From Auanema rhodensis (taxonomy: Eukaryota; Animalia; Nematoda), in contig OZ059896.1 in the NCBI GenBank assembly GCA_964057225.1, forward strand, positions 8,432,001 through 8,496,000: 64,000 nt of DNA, given 5' to 3'. The translations under genes were made by a program, and so were the position numbers. The number at the start of each line of letters is the position of its first letter. Within the stretch, counting starts at the first letter, position 1. Below, piece after piece: positions 1-26,600 of the stretch. Under the pieces are notes generated by a model, which saw nothing but the letters and a program-made list of their open reading frames with translations, was not told the DNA's origin and ran no database searches.

Positions 1-610
1 TTAAAAAATTTAATCACATAAAATACTGTGGATATTTCTTTCTAACGTAGAAAATAGAAGAAATTCTTATTTTAGCTATTAGATTGAACAAATTGTATCT
101 ATTTCTTCCATTTTCTTTTATGCTTTCAGCACCTCTATATGTTTTCTTTTATTTTTCTTAACCACAGCAAACAGTGACTAGATAAATGAATTATACTAAA
201 AATTACAACATTAAAATCTCTATTATATAAATAAAAATATTTTATATTTATATTGATTTTTCATTTTAAAATATTTCTTAGTTAATATCAAAAAATATTT
301 TTTTTCTTTTTAATATAGTAATAAAAGTGAGAATAATATTCATATACATACATACATATGTACATGCACATACATGTATGTATGTAGATAACTCAGTATA
401 TAATTATATATATAACAGTATGTAACTGCTTATATATATATATATATATATCTAATATATTTTTCTATTTATCTATCTCTTTATGTATTTCGTGTATGAA
501 ATTGAACATATTCAATGAAAAAAGGTTTAAAACTAAAATTCGAGAAAATGCAATTGTTGCACGTGAAGCTAAATCTCTTATGATGACAATCTATTGGTTT
601 CCATTTTCCC

Positions 611-615
<5 letters not shown>

Positions 616-653
<38 letters not shown>

Positions 654-680
654 ACTCTCTCTCTCACTCTCTCTCTCCCT
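616..680 (+). repeat. (CT)n microsatellite
   Basis: Seen directly. Confidence 0.95.
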
Positions 681-3600
681 CTTCACGCTGTTCATTAGTA
701 TATTTCAGTTAACTTATGTCTTCTATTGCTAACCTCTCCATAAGATTTTTTCCCAAAAAACTTAATTAAATTCAATATTCCCATAGGCATAATTGAAAAA
801 ATATTTTATCTTCTAAGCAAGCAGTTAATATATGCACATACATTCAATACATTTAATCTAATATAAAACCATTTATCGCAGATTTTTTTAAATTTTCTTT
901 TGAATCAATTTCAAAGATAATTAGTATTATTCATAAAATAATCATAAATAGCACCAAATTTCATGTTATTCCTCTATTATATGAACAAGAAATCTTCAAC
1001 AATCATTTCTTAGCCGATTTTTAACACAAACGTACGTCACTTCCTTCTGTCCATTTCTGAAATCTGAGACACTGAGCTGAGAAATCCATCAGACATCAGT
1101 TGGTCTTCTCATCAATGAAGCCAAAAGTTGTTATTCATTCCGTGTCTTTCCGCTTTCACGCTTAAAGATTTTTTTGATCTTTCTTTTCATGTTTCTGAAT
1201 TTTATTTTTCCATTATTTACTTACCTTTGCTTTTCATATTTTTTTAATCTTTCATTTTAAATTATGAAAAGAAAACAACAAATTTTCCTTTTCTCAAACT
1301 CACTATATACATGTATTTTTTTTTTTATTTCCTAAAATGTTCTAAAACTCTTTTAACCTTCTATACGTATTCTGTAAAGTGAAATTATTTTCGAAAGAAT
1401 TATAGCATAAATAGTAGAGCAAAAGCAAATTGAAGTTTCCATCACCGTTCCACGATTATCACTTTGGGGGGGGGGGGGAGGCTCATTGCAAAACCTCCGA
1501 TAAAGTATATTCAAGTAAGAAAATAGAAAAAAAATAATGGAAAATTTGATTTAGATCAAGTAGAGGTTTTCTAAGTAGCCTCCAGCATTCAGCTTCAATA
1601 AAAGTTTAAATAATTTTTTTTTCTTTTTAGTAAATAAATTCATGTAATGACTTTCATCTTATGATATAACAATTTTAAGATGAATTTTGTTGCTCCTTTT
1701 TCTTGATACATTTCATTTATGTTCTGCTTTATGATCTTTTCTCTCTCACTGTCTCCCTCTATATATCTTCTCTTTTTGCTCCTTTTCCTTCTCTTTATCT
1801 TTCTCTCTCTCTCATAGATGCACATACACACATAGACGCCTTCTTTCTTTTCTTATCTTTTAAAATTTCAACGTATTTTATGATGACAATGTAAGCACAT
1901 TGTTATTTAATTCTTTGTATACTCACTTTCATGTTATGCTAACTGCTTAGAAATTGTCTCTCTTTCCCTCCTTTTTCAAATTATTCAACAAATCTATTCA
2001 AAATTATATTCCATTATAGTTTACTAGCTATATACATATATTATAATTTGAATAATAGTATTTGATAACAACTTAACTTGTTCATCAGATAATACATTTT
2101 TTTTATTTTTTACTTCATAAAAATAATAATTTATTTAACTTTAACTTGTCATAAATTTTGAAAGTTATCGTCTTATATCATAGACAAACAATATTATTTA
2201 TTAATTCTTATAAATATAATAACATGTAATTTATTTCTATATCATATCTATCAAGATGAAATCATATATTTTTTTCGTCCTAAGATAGACAGTTAGCGTC
2301 CCCTCTTCACCTTCTAGCATTTTCTTTCACCTCTTTTTTGTTCTTCAACTTTCTTTCTCTTTCTATTCTTCTTCTCTTTCTCTCTCTCTGTCCCTCTCTC
2401 TCACATCTTTGTCTATTTCTTCCGGTCATGGTGAGGAGAGAGGAGAAGACCTGTGCAAACACGCACGCACCGTGTGGTCCAAACGACGAAATTGCTTTTC
2501 TGTCTGTCGTGAGGCTGTACGCATCGATCGGCATCTGATTTCTAACTCATTCTCGAACAATGAACAACACCATATCTAAATCTAGCTCTTATAATTGTTC
2601 ATAGAATATTTAAATATATTTTATATAATTAAGAATTATTTTCTATATCTTATTCAATTTTTTGGCTTCGTTCATATTATTCTCGTACTTTGAAATAATT
2701 TAAATATTTTGCTTTATTTTATGCTTTGACAAATCAACTTGCGTACACTCCCTATTCATATTATATATCACTTCGCTATAATGCTAACTATCAGCTATTT
2801 CTCTCAATCACTTTCTCTCATCCACCAAATCTTTCCTTCTCCTATAACCTCAACTTCTGGCCACAACTTCTTTATCTATGCCTTCAAGCTCGATCTTATT
2901 TCAGTGACCTGTGACCTATACTTCTTACAAAATGTTTAAATGCCATCAAACGTCTTTTTCGGATGTTTGCGAAAACATTTAGCATTACATTTAGAATTAC
3001 ATTTTCCATTTCTTTCTTTCTTTTCACTGACTTTTCTTCTATTTATTCATTTTTTTCATTTTGTTCCGTTTTCATGAGCTATCTTATAGTATTTTAGAAT
3101 TTGTTTTATACCTCCATATGGTTCAAATTTTTGCAAAGATTTCTTTTATAAACAAATATTTTCTCTTCCACTTTCTTTTTCTCAAAAAAAACCGTTTGTA
3201 ACTGATTTTAAGAAATAGTTGTTGCTGATGTTTCTGCCAAGCATACATACATATACAGATCAAAAATTGATCTAAATAGATTAGTTTAAGATCAAGATGT
3301 TATCAGTTTCAGTTTTTCTGATTATTATATCAATAGCTTCTTACTTTTTTTTAAAATACAATGCTTATGTTTGAGTACTTGTCGATCAGGATGAACCAAA
3401 ATCTTCTCAATTTTCTTTTCATCTATGAACATTTCTCTCATTTTCTCACTTCAAGACCAAAATTCTCTCTTTCTCGTGAGTATCTCTGGCATTCTCCTAT
3501 TTTTTTTAGCATTTTCTTCTCCTTAAAGTCTATTCATTCTACATTATACATATACTCTTACATTCGTGATGGAAACGAAACTAGAGTACAGAATCATCAA

Positions 3601-4376
3601 TGGAATAGCCGTATATTTGAGAGATTTTTTTCCCACAAAATGGTATATAACAGGATATATTTCATTGAATTATCAGACGATCGGACATTGAGAAAATGTG
3701 ATTTTAAAGATTTTATTGATACTTCAATTAGTCATTAATGTATTTCCTGAACATTTACTAATTAATTTTCAAAGATTGAAGATCATTTTACCTCAAACTG
3801 CACTTATTTGGCCTATTTAATGAAACGTTCGTTCTTGACACTGAACTCAGATTCTGCAATTGCCGAATGACGACGATGCTCATCATTAACTTTGCTATCT
3901 AAAGAGTTCTTTCAACTCATTTGTGTTTATTTATTTTTTATTTGTAACTTCACACACAGATTCCATGTTTTCTATCCTTCTATTCCAAGCTCTTAATTCA
4001 ATTTTTGATGACCTTTTCACGTGAACAACTTCACATTCTGCGAAGTTGTTCATATGTCTTCCAAACAAACATGAACGTGTTGCTTTACCCTCTATCCGAA
4101 TATACTTTTTTTTCTATTCCCTGGCTTATTCACTCTTCTATGTTGTTCATATTTTCTGAAGTATTGAGGGAGATTTATTGTCGTCAGGTCAGAGAATACA
4201 CCCACACTAATCAATTCGATCAGCTGGGATGTTTTCAATTGATCTTAATACTCTTCGTTGTGATGTCTAGCAATAAGAGGGTGGCTTAGTCATCTTACTT
4301 TTTTCAATTAGACTTTTAATTTAGTTCTTTTTTTCTTTCTTAAAAACTTTAAAAATAAATAAATTAATGAATAAGC

Positions 4377-4381
<5 letters not shown>

Positions 4382-4419
<38 letters not shown>
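4382..4419. repeat. (AT)n microsatellite
   Basis: Seen directly. Confidence 0.95.
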
Positions 4420-4421
<2 letters not shown>

Positions 4422-5376
4422 CTTTTCAATTTAAAAAAAAAATTGTAATCAATGTTATACAAAATATAATTCTTGATTGATTATTTTATTTCCTTATGAA
4501 TCATTTATTATAATCAATTGATTTTATCTTAATGATTTTTAAAGCTTCCGCTACACACTATTCATTATCAGAAAGTTAAATTTAACTGAATGTTTATTTC
4601 GTTGTATTTCCTTATTATACCCAATTTTCTTTCTTGGCCGCCCATTCGTCCTAATCGAGTTCTTGTCGGCTCTTTGAAATTCTTCTCCTGGGACCCATAT
4701 CAACTAATCCTCTCATTTATTCAGTATCATTTACTTTGGTTACTTTTTCTTTCTTCTATCCCTCAATTTGATGCTTAAACTCAACTGATGTGATGAATGT
4801 CAAATCGTCAGTTAAATAGATGACAATTTTCACTTGGTCTTCATACCAATAGCTTTTTATTTCTTCAAAATTCATGTTGATTGTTTATTTCTAAAACACT
4901 AACATGACGTAATATTACAATAACTTCTATTTACATTTTATCTATTAATAGTCAATAATTCAATTCGAAAAGGAAAGTAAAATGACCAAATGTTTGAATA
5001 TTCTGCACAATTGAGCTTTTGATAGCCTAAACATGCAAAAAAAAAACATTTTTTAAACATTTGTAATATTGTAAAAAGGCATAACAACATGTATATCTAT
5101 GCATATATTGACCTATAATTCTATTTAACTATTTCAAATAATACTCTTCAACACTCATATTTTACTATATGAAACATTTATTTTACTATTATCTGTACCT
5201 TGTAGTGTGTACATTATCTTTTTCTTTTTGGCCTTTAAGATTATTATATAGTATACCGTTATTAGCTCATGGGAACCTTAGCTATTCCCAGGAACAATAA
5301 CTATAAAAAACTATATAAACAAGTATAAAAATTTGTTTAAAAAAGGACGAAACATAGTTGATCTATTTCTATTTTC

Positions 5377-5415
<39 letters not shown>

Positions 5416-5728
5416 CTATATATATTTATATTTATATTTATGTGTTCTTTGTTCTCATCCTCATCTCTTCTATTCAACTAAAAAACTTAAATTATGCACA
5501 TAAAATGAAATAAGAAGCATTCTTTATATATTTATAAGTATTTTCTATTGAGATTATGTGTATACAAATATTTGTTTCAACTACACCGTTTGCTTAGTTT
5601 AATTAATTTGTTTCCAACTAAACTGCTATGAAATATATTTTCTTCATAAATTATATATTCAGGTTGTTGATATCTATCCGGTCACGGACCTGCCGCCTAG
5701 TGAGCTGGCCCTCGATCCACAATACACG

Positions 5729-16127
<10,399 letters not shown>

Positions 16128-16770
16128 GATCTATGCTGGAGGTGCTCCCAAATGTGAAACATCTGATCATAAACCTCATTGGCTAGGCTCCTTACGAGAA
16201 TATACTGTAGTCGTCATATTACAGTTAGCATGAAAAGAGTGTTGTATAATCTATCTATCGTCTTATGCTAAAACTTCAAATTATATTTGAGATTAAACTA
16301 AGAGAGATAGAAAACTATTATATCTTTATATAGATATAAAGATATAATTTTTTTCCTATGCATATAATTTAGATAGTCAGAATTTTATACGGGCAATTTG
16401 CGCTGCATGTTTTGAGAAATTAAAAAAAAAAGGTTTTTTTCGCTTCGTGTCCAAAGTTTAATATGCAAATAGATTTTATTATCTTGCAAAGTAGATATAT
16501 TCCTCTAATTCCTATTTCTCTTTCTCTCTCTCTATATATATATTTAGAGAGAGAGAGAAAGAAATCTACAACATTTCCTTGATTGAGAAGCATTTGCTAG
16601 TTTATACTAACTATTCATCTCTCAGCATATACCAAATGTTCCATAATTTCTTACGAAACTCCGAAAATTGTTATTACCGTCTCTCTATATAATATTTTTT
16701 TAATACCATAGCACATTTTCCACCCTCATCGTCTCCTTATTTTTCATCTTCTCTCTTTCTTCTCGTTCCA

Positions 16771-16773
<3 letters not shown>

Positions 16774-16815
<42 letters not shown>

Positions 16816-16865
16816 CTCTCTCTCTCTCTCTATTCCGCTCTCTTTTTTTTTCTCTCTCTCTCTCT
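16774..16865 (+). repeat. Interrupted (CT)n microsatellite
   Basis: Seen directly. Confidence 0.9.
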
Positions 16866-19800
16866 TCAAGTTTTCCAAATATTTCTCAACTTTTTGAAAC
16901 TTTGGACTTTGTCCTTTAAAAAAACATTGACAAGTTCTGAACATCAATAGGCTTATATTATATTTTTCCTATAGAATTTTTTTTGTTAAATCTAAAGTTT
17001 CAAATAGCTATGTTTTTTTTTTTAATTTTTTTTTGTTTAGCCATATGTACAGTACTGATCATAATACGGTGTCAACTTGCGTTCTTTTTTGTTTTACTTT
17101 TTAACTTCAATAACTTAATTCCTAATCAAGATATCATATATATACTTGTTTGTATTTGAAAGATACATTTCTTCTCTATAAGCTGAAAAAAAAATGAAAA
17201 TTCTGATAAATTTTTTCGGTTTTTAAAACATTTCTATATATAAATTCTTGACAAATAATTTGAAAACGAAAGGAAAACTAATAGATTTAATGCTCTTATA
17301 ATATCATTTAAGTTTTATATAAAAGTTAAAATAGATTATATTAGATAAAGAGCATCAAAGTTTTGTTTTCATAATTTTTTTTTAAAAATTATATTGAAAA
17401 ATCTAAGAATATATGAAATTCTTTTTTAAAAATCATTTGTCTTGAAGTATGAATGTAGAAAAAAGAAAAACGCAAAATGATATTTACCGTATTCGGTATT
17501 TGTATTTATAAGACATATATGGAATTACTAATATCTACTTTTCAACGATTCTACTTTTCTCAGTTTATTTTTTATATTGTTTCTTACGTTCCTTGAATGG
17601 CGATACATATGATCCGGTTTGAAGTCTGAAGCTCTTTGAATGAAGCCCCTATGTTAGCTTATGAACTATCTGACCTATAGCTAGCGTCATTCATTTTCTG
17701 TTGTGATGATTCAGTTTGTGATTATTTCTCTACTTTATATTGTACGTACCACTAACTAATCAGAACTATAGCATTTTTTGTTCATTGTATATCCAATCAT
17801 GCTCTGTATACCATTGTCCTCAGATGATGTTCCTCATAGTCCCTCAGTTTTTTTTACTCAAAAGCTCCATCAGATGTTTTATGCGTATGTATAGTGTAAA
17901 TACTATATACATATATACTATATATCCATTCAATTTGCACGTTTTGTACCTTTTTATAAGCCTGAGGCAATTAACTTGTTTCAACTTTTTTTTGTTGTTC
18001 GTCTTACGAGTATTTTCTCTTCATATTATTTCACAATCTATGCTCCACAATAACCATTCTTTCGTCTAGTTTTGTTCACAGTCCACATTCGGATATATAT
18101 ATATTTCTCTCTTGTATCTATACATGTTTACCTGTATATGTATATAGTTTACTGAATTGTCTGAGAGAACTTTGTCAAATTCATCCCTTTTTTTCTTTTT
18201 TTTTTCGTTGAAATCCTCAACTTCATGTGTGCCATATTTGTGCATTGCCTTGGGGCATTTATATCGTTTGATTACCGTATCCATCATCTCATTTTCAATT
18301 TCATGATGCTACATACATCGTATTAATGAGCAAAAACAATCGATAAAAGTGTTCATTTTTTACAAATTTGTTTAATAATTTTCTTTAATTAAGAATTTAT
18401 AGTTAGTATTTCTATTGTTAAATAGGCAAAGCGGTAATATACGGTACATTCAAGTTACAGGAAGTCAAGATCAATATTGTAAAAATAGATTTTTATGCTT
18501 AGAATAGTAGTGACAAGTTTATAGAAATATACTTGTACTTTATATTCGAAATAAACAATAACAACAATTATCATAAATTTAAATATTGTTTTTTTTATAA
18601 AATAAATTGTAAATTAAATATTAATTGCGTATAATATTACATATAATATACAAAAATTATATATATTATATATTGATTTATTAATAATTACATAATAATA
18701 CAATAAATGATAATAGTAAGGTGCAAAGTTCAGTTATGATCAACGAAAAACAATGAATGAAACATTCAATATTGGGTCATGGATTAACGAAACGACCACC
18801 ATAGTTCCAAGATAATGTTTTTCTCGGAAGCATATTGATTTTATCTTCTTTTTTTTTCTTTTTTTCACACTATGAAAGGCTTTTTCTATTTGTTTCACAT
18901 GATGTTGAAGAGAATAATTTTGATTAGTCATGTTTAGACTTCATTAAGTCTATTATCTTTAGTTTGAAGGAAGTAAAAGAACTTGTTTAGATGTAATGAC
19001 TATGAAGTAGATTAAGTTGCTTTTGTATTTTTTTTTGTTTTTTTTTTTTTTCGTTTATCATGTGTATATCTTTGTATTTTCTTATCAGCTTCATGAACTA
19101 GTAAATAGTAGCAATAGAAGATAAAATGATTACAATTTGATATTCTTGTTAAATTACATTTTAACAAAATATTTTTAAATTTACACATTTTTATTCGATT
19201 TAATTGTTTTTATTATCTTTAAATATTAGAAAAATTCATAAAATGTACTTTGTTTTGATGTTCATTTCAAATTTAAATATGATTTTGATGTATATACTAT
19301 TTATATTTATACAGATAGGTAGATAGATAGATAGGTATACACATATACAACAACTACCCGCGCATTATCTGTTATTTCTTATATGCAACTCATGTGAATC
19401 GGTTGTTTTCTAATATATTGTCTTCTTTTACTCTTTATCTTATAAATCTGTTTTATAATAGAATTTTATATGTTTCTATATCATTTAATCTTGTTTATAT
19501 CATCCTATATCATTATATATCTATCTTTCTCATCCTTTTTCATTTGGTTATGCCTCCCTATCCTTGTCAATCCACTTTCCGTTCGTAATCAGTCATTCAT
19601 GTGTTTCATGTATTTCCGATATATTGCCAATTTTTGAACCAAATCCTTTTTGGACCTTTTTTTTCTTTTTCATTAGATTGAGATTGAGGTACATGTTCTA
19701 TTGTTTTTATACTCTATTCCATCATTTCCTCCAACGTCTCGAACAGTCTTTTGTTTTTTTTCCAAATGCTCCGCTCTCCTTTAATCTCTGTTTGGGATTT

Positions 19801-22800
19801 CATAGAAAAAGAGAGAAAAAAAACTGCTTTTTATCGATCTTCACCTCGTCTTGTATGCTTGTAAATAGATTTGATCGACTGTAAAGAATCGACCCTAAAT
19901 TCTTATTTGACATCGTTGCAATGGTTTCTAGTGAGGTCGTTGTCGATTTCATTCCAATTAACTTTAACAAAGTTACGTTGAACTTGAATATGTTCTTTTG
20001 ATAATTTATGAAGCAGAACAATCTATTTCTTCTATAGATTATTAGCATTTCACGTTTTCTTAAACCAATTCTCCTTCACTCACCAATCACATTGAAGAAA
20101 CTCTTTAGCATTCCATTACTTGATTTATCAATTACCGTTCAGTATCGTTATACCTATCAATTCTATACAGTATTCTATACTATTTTTTGACTAATTGATT
20201 AGAAAAAAGAATTTATTTTCAATCTATTTCAATGATTATTGTTTATTTTTGGCATTTCGAGCTTATCTCACGTCTGTATTTTCTTCAAATATTTAGTTAA
20301 CTTATTCCTTCTGCTAAGCTACTATGTTTAAAACATATATTTAATCCAGATATCCCTTTGTTAGATGTCTATTTTCCTTTTCTTAAAATTTTAATAGATT
20401 CATCTCAAAGCTGTTATAGTTTCATTCTTCATCTGTTCCTCATTTACTCAAATTGAAATCATTGTTGTTGTTGCTGTAGTAGTAGTAGTAGTATAGACTA
20501 CTACGCACTGTTACGATCAAATAGAACACATATGAAAATTATATTATTCAATTGTTGAATTTCATTTCTTTTCAAAATAATATAAGATTTCTTCAAATCC
20601 ATTAATTTCTATTTGACTTTAAAGCTTTTCACGGGATTCAATTCTTTAGCAATTTGTCATCTCTGCTGGGGGCCATCTGATCTTTTCTTTTCACTCACTC
20701 ATCTGCCATCAACTGTTCATTTCTTGAATGGGCATCCAAATTCTTTTCAATTGCAAGTTCTAGTAGAAACCATGCATCAACTATCAACATTTGAAAAAGT
20801 TATTTGAATCCTTCATGTCCTAAGCATGGTAACTGTATGCAAAATTGCATAAATAATTTAGTTGTTATTATATTTTATGGTATAGTAGTAATTCTTTAAG
20901 TATTGATTAGTACTTGCTCATCATAAAATGGTTGAGAAACATCTGGTATCTAACAGATTTCTATGAAATGAATCATTTTCCTAACGATAGTTGTATATAT
21001 ATATTGTATATTATTGGCTATTATATACTTGATTCTTTCTTCATTTCTAAAAGATATTATGAATATGAATGTGTGATGATTAAAAATGTGATGAAACTGA
21101 CGGATTGAATTAATCTTTCTATCGTACACGAGACCTACATACATTTTAAACTTTTAATTCATAACCTTATTATTATTATTCCTTTTTCCTTATGCATTAT
21201 CATTTTATCTTTAATCTTTTAATTATTTTATAATTAAAAGTACATTATTATTATTATTATTTAAATATAATATTAATAATATAATATAATAAAAATATAA
21301 AATTTAGTAAAACATTTACTAATATATTGATTTTTTTGTTTCAAATTAGTAACAAAGAAAATACATTGTTACACGTTGATCATATCAGTTTTCACGTGTA
21401 TCATCTTTTTTTCATTTTTTTCCTCCACCCTTTCCCAGCTCTCTATTTCCTATATTTCTATTCTCTTTCTTTCATTCCTATATGCAGTACTTTCATCTTA
21501 TAACATAGCTTTTTTTTTGTTTTTCCATCCTCATGTATGTGTTCTTATCTATTCTATATATCTTTTTTTTATTTTCTATCTATTGTTTCATATAGTATTC
21601 TTAGTCATATGTGTAGAATAAAGCGTAATATGCCTTTTTCAAACTTAAATCTCTTTGCACTCTGTCTTCGTTCCTAGAAGATGCGCTGACCAATCGTTAT
21701 GATTCTCATCTCTCTGATGCTTGCTTGCTTCTAAGCAAGTTATTAAGATCAAATAAGAACTTTCTTAGCTCTTCAAGTACTTCATAGACATCTATTCTTC
21801 ATTTCTATTTCTATCTTGTTCTTATAATACATATATAGTTAATTATAGCATAATATAGATGACAATGATCATGTATGTCCTTGTCTATCGCTAACTTTCT
21901 GATTCTTTTCGCTACAAAAGTTTTTTTCGAATTTGCTTTTTCTGGTTCCTGTTTACTTCAAGAACAGCTGACCAGATTAGTCAGGTTATTGATTCTGTCA
22001 AATTACTTGTCTGCATCATCTTCGTCATCATTAGATTTGCCGTTATCACTCTGAGCAACTGCTTTCTCAATCAGCTTTTCTGTATTCGGATAAAATGTTT
22101 CAAAATTAATTTTTTTATCTTGAATATATATATATATATATAATAATTCAAATTTTCTAATATTTTGTGGCATAAACAGTAGAATATCTTCCGGATCGGA
22201 AACCAGTCATTTTGGTCATTCGCTTTCTGACGTAATGTCAAACGAGAAAAAAATCAGCAAGAAGTGAAGAAATAGATGGTTAAAAGCCACGAGAAGAGCA
22301 GAGTAGACATGAAAATAGAATAATATTGAAAGAGAGAGGTAGACTTTTCAACAGAAGGCAAAATGCTTAAAAGTCATATATGGCTTATTCATCTATAGTT
22401 ATATATAAGCCTACTTATTATATAAACAATAGTCCTATCTAAAGCCTATAGATTGAAATAAGGAAGAGAAGGGGTTAGAACGAAGTGTAGAGAGAAAGAG
22501 AAACATAAAGAGAAGCTGTATTCAGTCAAGTAACTTCACGCTTTGATTTATAGTTAACCGATTAGAAGCCATCATAGCAATTGCATTTATTGTAGTAATC
22601 CTTCATCACTTCCCCCAATATCTAATCTATCTATCTAACATCGACAACTCAAACTGTTTATCGTCGCGCTTCGGCTTTTACTTCTCTCGTTCGATGTTGC
22701 CAACACAAGCTTCTTCGGCTTGCATCTTGGCTATTAATTCTGAGCTTCGAACTCAATGCGACAGCTTGCTGCCTTCATCTAAACGGTGACCCGTTTTCCT

Positions 22801-23616
22801 CTTAAACTTGCGGAGTCCATCTTCGATTTTTGCTGCCAATGCTCACCTTATTTTCTCTCTTATTGCAGTCATATTTTTGCGAACATTTTCATTTTCTATC
22901 TTCTCATCTGTCCATTTCATTCTTTTTTTCACTGTCCGTTTGCTTTTTCATTGCATATCTGTCCATTCTTTGTATCTATTCCTCCATTTCATTAGGCGTT
23001 CTCTCTAACCTTCTCTTCAATTTCACAAAACAAAATGCAGCTTTTTTCATTGAATTGGCTCATTTTCCAGGTCAATTTATCACATGCTCCCACCTGACCA
23101 GACCTGTCATCGTTTTGCCATTGAACATGTTCCTCAGCAGCAAATATTGCCCCTCTAGCAATTTTCTGTCTGTAGAATTAGGAAAATGTTTTTGGCGAGC
23201 TGTCCCAAGGATTTTGCTTTATTTTTCTCCTCAAAAATGCTATTATTTCTTAAAATATTTGTATGTTATGAATGAATAAAGTAATAATATTGTCTCTCTG
23301 TTTGTAATGCAGCAGTATTAATTTTGTAAAAATTGCTCTTTGTACACAACAATCGATTACTTGATTCTTAATTGATTTTTTTTACTATTTGAATTATTAT
23401 TTGTTTATAATTCAAATACAAATACATACATTTATGTATATTTCATGATAAATTTGTCTGTTTTTTTTTCTTTTATTCTGGATTTTAAACTTATTTCACA
23501 ATCAATTCGTTGTTTTTAATTATCTTTGTCTATGAGTACTTAAAGCTAATTTTCGTGTTATAGACGAGTATTGTGATATCCTTCTCGGTGAAAAGCTGTT
23601 TTCTCGCTTTTCTCAA

Positions 23617-26600
23617 ATGGAACCCGTAGCAGAAGAGGAACCGATGGCTAATCTGGCTACGGGTCTAGAGGACCCATCCTCTTCTGCTGACGGAAGCTCC
23701 ACCACAACTAACACTGCCACAACGATACTAGCGGATGATGTGGATAAGGATAGTGCCATAGATCTTAGCAAGGAAATTGAGGATTTAGGAAAACTACAGG
23801 TATTTTCGAATAATAATTTTCAATTTTTCATTGATTTATATATTTCTTTTTTTATTTTATTAGTTAATTTGTTCATAAGATCTAGTTAAACTTCTTCTTT
23901 TTTTTTGTCTTTTCGTGAAGATTCTCTAGATTGTTTTCTCTGTTTCAACTGAAAATATTCTTTTACATCTTTTGAGAAAAAAGTTTTTTTTTTGTTCAGC
24001 TGAGATCTTTTTCGTTTCTTGCTATGAATAAACGGAAAAGTTTTAATTGTAAAAGTTTTTCGTTTCGAATACTTACATCTACATCTGGAGCCTATTCAGA
24101 AAAGTTTATCTTTTGATGTTCTTTGTCTATTTCCTTTATTCGGCTGCTTATTCGGAATTTCCGAATCTATCTCTCGATGTTGCAACACGTTTTTCTTCTC
24201 CCAGATGTTCGTTTATATTCCAAAAACAAATTATTGCGATAACTACAACGTTTTCGCCTTCATCTTGAATGCTAAGATAATTCGTTTTACATACTCCTTC
24301 ATAGCAAACATATTTTTTATTATTAAATCTTTATATGTAAAGATTTTTCTTTTTTTTTTCCTTTTATTCAAAATCTTCATTTTGATGTTTTAATAATTTT
24401 ATTATTTCTTAAATTAAATTTATTATTTGATGACATTTGCCACTTATAATATTTCTATCATTAGCATTATCGATTGAACGATTGATGAATGAGTAAGAGA
24501 TTAAGCTTAAAGCATAAGTTGAAATTGATCTCGACATATTACGCTTGATTTCACTCACCAACGCTGTTCAAATCAAATCGAAATGATGTTTATTTGATTT
24601 AGGATCAGTCGATTTTCCTTTATTTTTCAGATGTCCCTTGATCGAATGCTTGACTGTGCGCAGTCACCTTCATCCTCAGGTTGTGCGAGTAAGGATTCAA
24701 CATCGACGACATCAAAAAGTAAGATAATTTCATTTACTTTATGTCATTGTGAATCATTATTATCTATTCAGATATTACTTCATCAACATCATCCCCGCTT
24801 CTGAATCTGGGAGCACGTCGATTAATTCGTGTACCATGTGCATCAACACCGTCAACGATTGATGTTTCTAATAGTATTACTGGTCTTATGTTACCATTTA
24901 CTGTATCTGGAGGTGCATCTATAGCAAAGTACTATATAACTATTATATAAATATATAATAAACTTTATTACTTAGGCTTATATTAATTGATAAAATTCGG
25001 CGTGATGATCTTATTGGAATATTATCATCAGGTGATCGTTTGATGGCAATTGATGAGATGTAAGTTTAAGATTTATTATATTTCATTTATATTAATTAAA
25101 TATTATTGATTTTTTATTAATTTTAGCCAAATTAGCGGTATGGTTCGATCTGAAGTATTACGCTTATTAGAGAAAGTTTGCTTTGAGAGAGAACAGATAG
25201 CATTAGAAATTTTGCCAGCAAGTAGGAATAACCTTTGTGTTTTAATTTCTTATTTCAAAATTCAGATGCTTGCACTGATGATATTAGGGAAATCCTTGCT
25301 AATCGTGATTATGCTCAACTTCAAACTACAATTCGTGATAATCTATATGTTAAAACAGTACCATGTAGGTTATATATACATAGAGATATAGATTTATCTT
25401 GTTAAATATTAAAGAAAATGCTGAAAATTTTAAATTCAGATACAACAAGACCATCTCGTGATGGTGAAGTGGATGGAGAGCATTATCGTTTTGTTACTTC
25501 AGTCGAATTTAATCGTTTATTATCTGAAGGAGAGCTTTTAGAACATGGAACATATCAAGGTACGATATTTTTAGTTTAAAAAAAAATAAATTTTTATATG
25601 TTATAATATAGATTTATACCTTATTTCTTTGTTTTATTATTCTTTTGATGTTGATTACTTTCCCAAATCTTTGTGCGAATGTTACCTACATTTGCCACCT
25701 GCTTCTAGATTATATCTGTTCATCTTTACCTAAATAATCCGGATTATTGTCTCAAAAAATGTTTCGTCATCATTGTCTCTCCTAATACAATTAGACTTCG
25801 TGAAACATTTTCTCGATTTCTTTTTCACTTTTTTTCAGTATTTTCTACGAAAAATTCTCTTCTAATTGAAGTTATTTTCTAACTGTTTCCTTCAGTTTCA
25901 ACAATTGATTTTCATCGGAATACCTTTATGCATGTATTCAGATTCATGTCCTCTAAAGAGTGCAGACATGCATGATCTTGCCTCATTTCTCTGTCTTCTG
26001 CTCTATATTTCATTTCTCATCCAGCCTTCTGAAAGAAAGTAGGGTCACATCTGCCGTAGAACTAGTTCATCCATGGCTACAACGTTTTCGAATAAAGTTA
26101 GCTAAGTATGAAATCCGCTCATACTTCTTCTGTTTTTCGAACATTTCATTTGATCTTATAAGAAAATATTCTCATCATTTCTGTGTACATGATCAGCACT
26201 TGAGCTCAATCAGTTATCTAGACTGTATGTGTTGAGAATTGAGATGAGAATCGTGTGAATATGAGGATGTGCGAGCATGTTATGAATGAGATTGAGAGAG
26301 ATTGAGTTGAGTGACGGTCAGCTGAGAAGAACATGACCATGATTTCGTTCATCCTTTCCTCCTTTTACTGCCTTCTGTCTGCCTCATTATTTCGTTCGTC
26401 TTCTTCTCATCTCTGTGAGGTCGTGAGGTGATGAGACGTAAGGTAGTAGTAGTCAGTCAGGTCGATGACCAGTCAATCGATATGAACAAAGGTTATAAGG
26501 GACGCCTTCTTCTTATTAAGATTTGTTTAAAAGGCCAAATATCTCAGAAAAAAACCTTTTTTTTCATCTAATCTCATTTTCATATAACTCTTTATAATTA

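Noticed and set aside
17600-17770. Possible additional C/D snoRNA (TGATGA and CTGA words; small ACCGTATTCGGT palindrome near 17486)
   Set aside because: Boxes are not in the right order or spacing, there is no terminal stem or recognisable rRNA guide, and the palindrome does not match the 60-bp element geometry.
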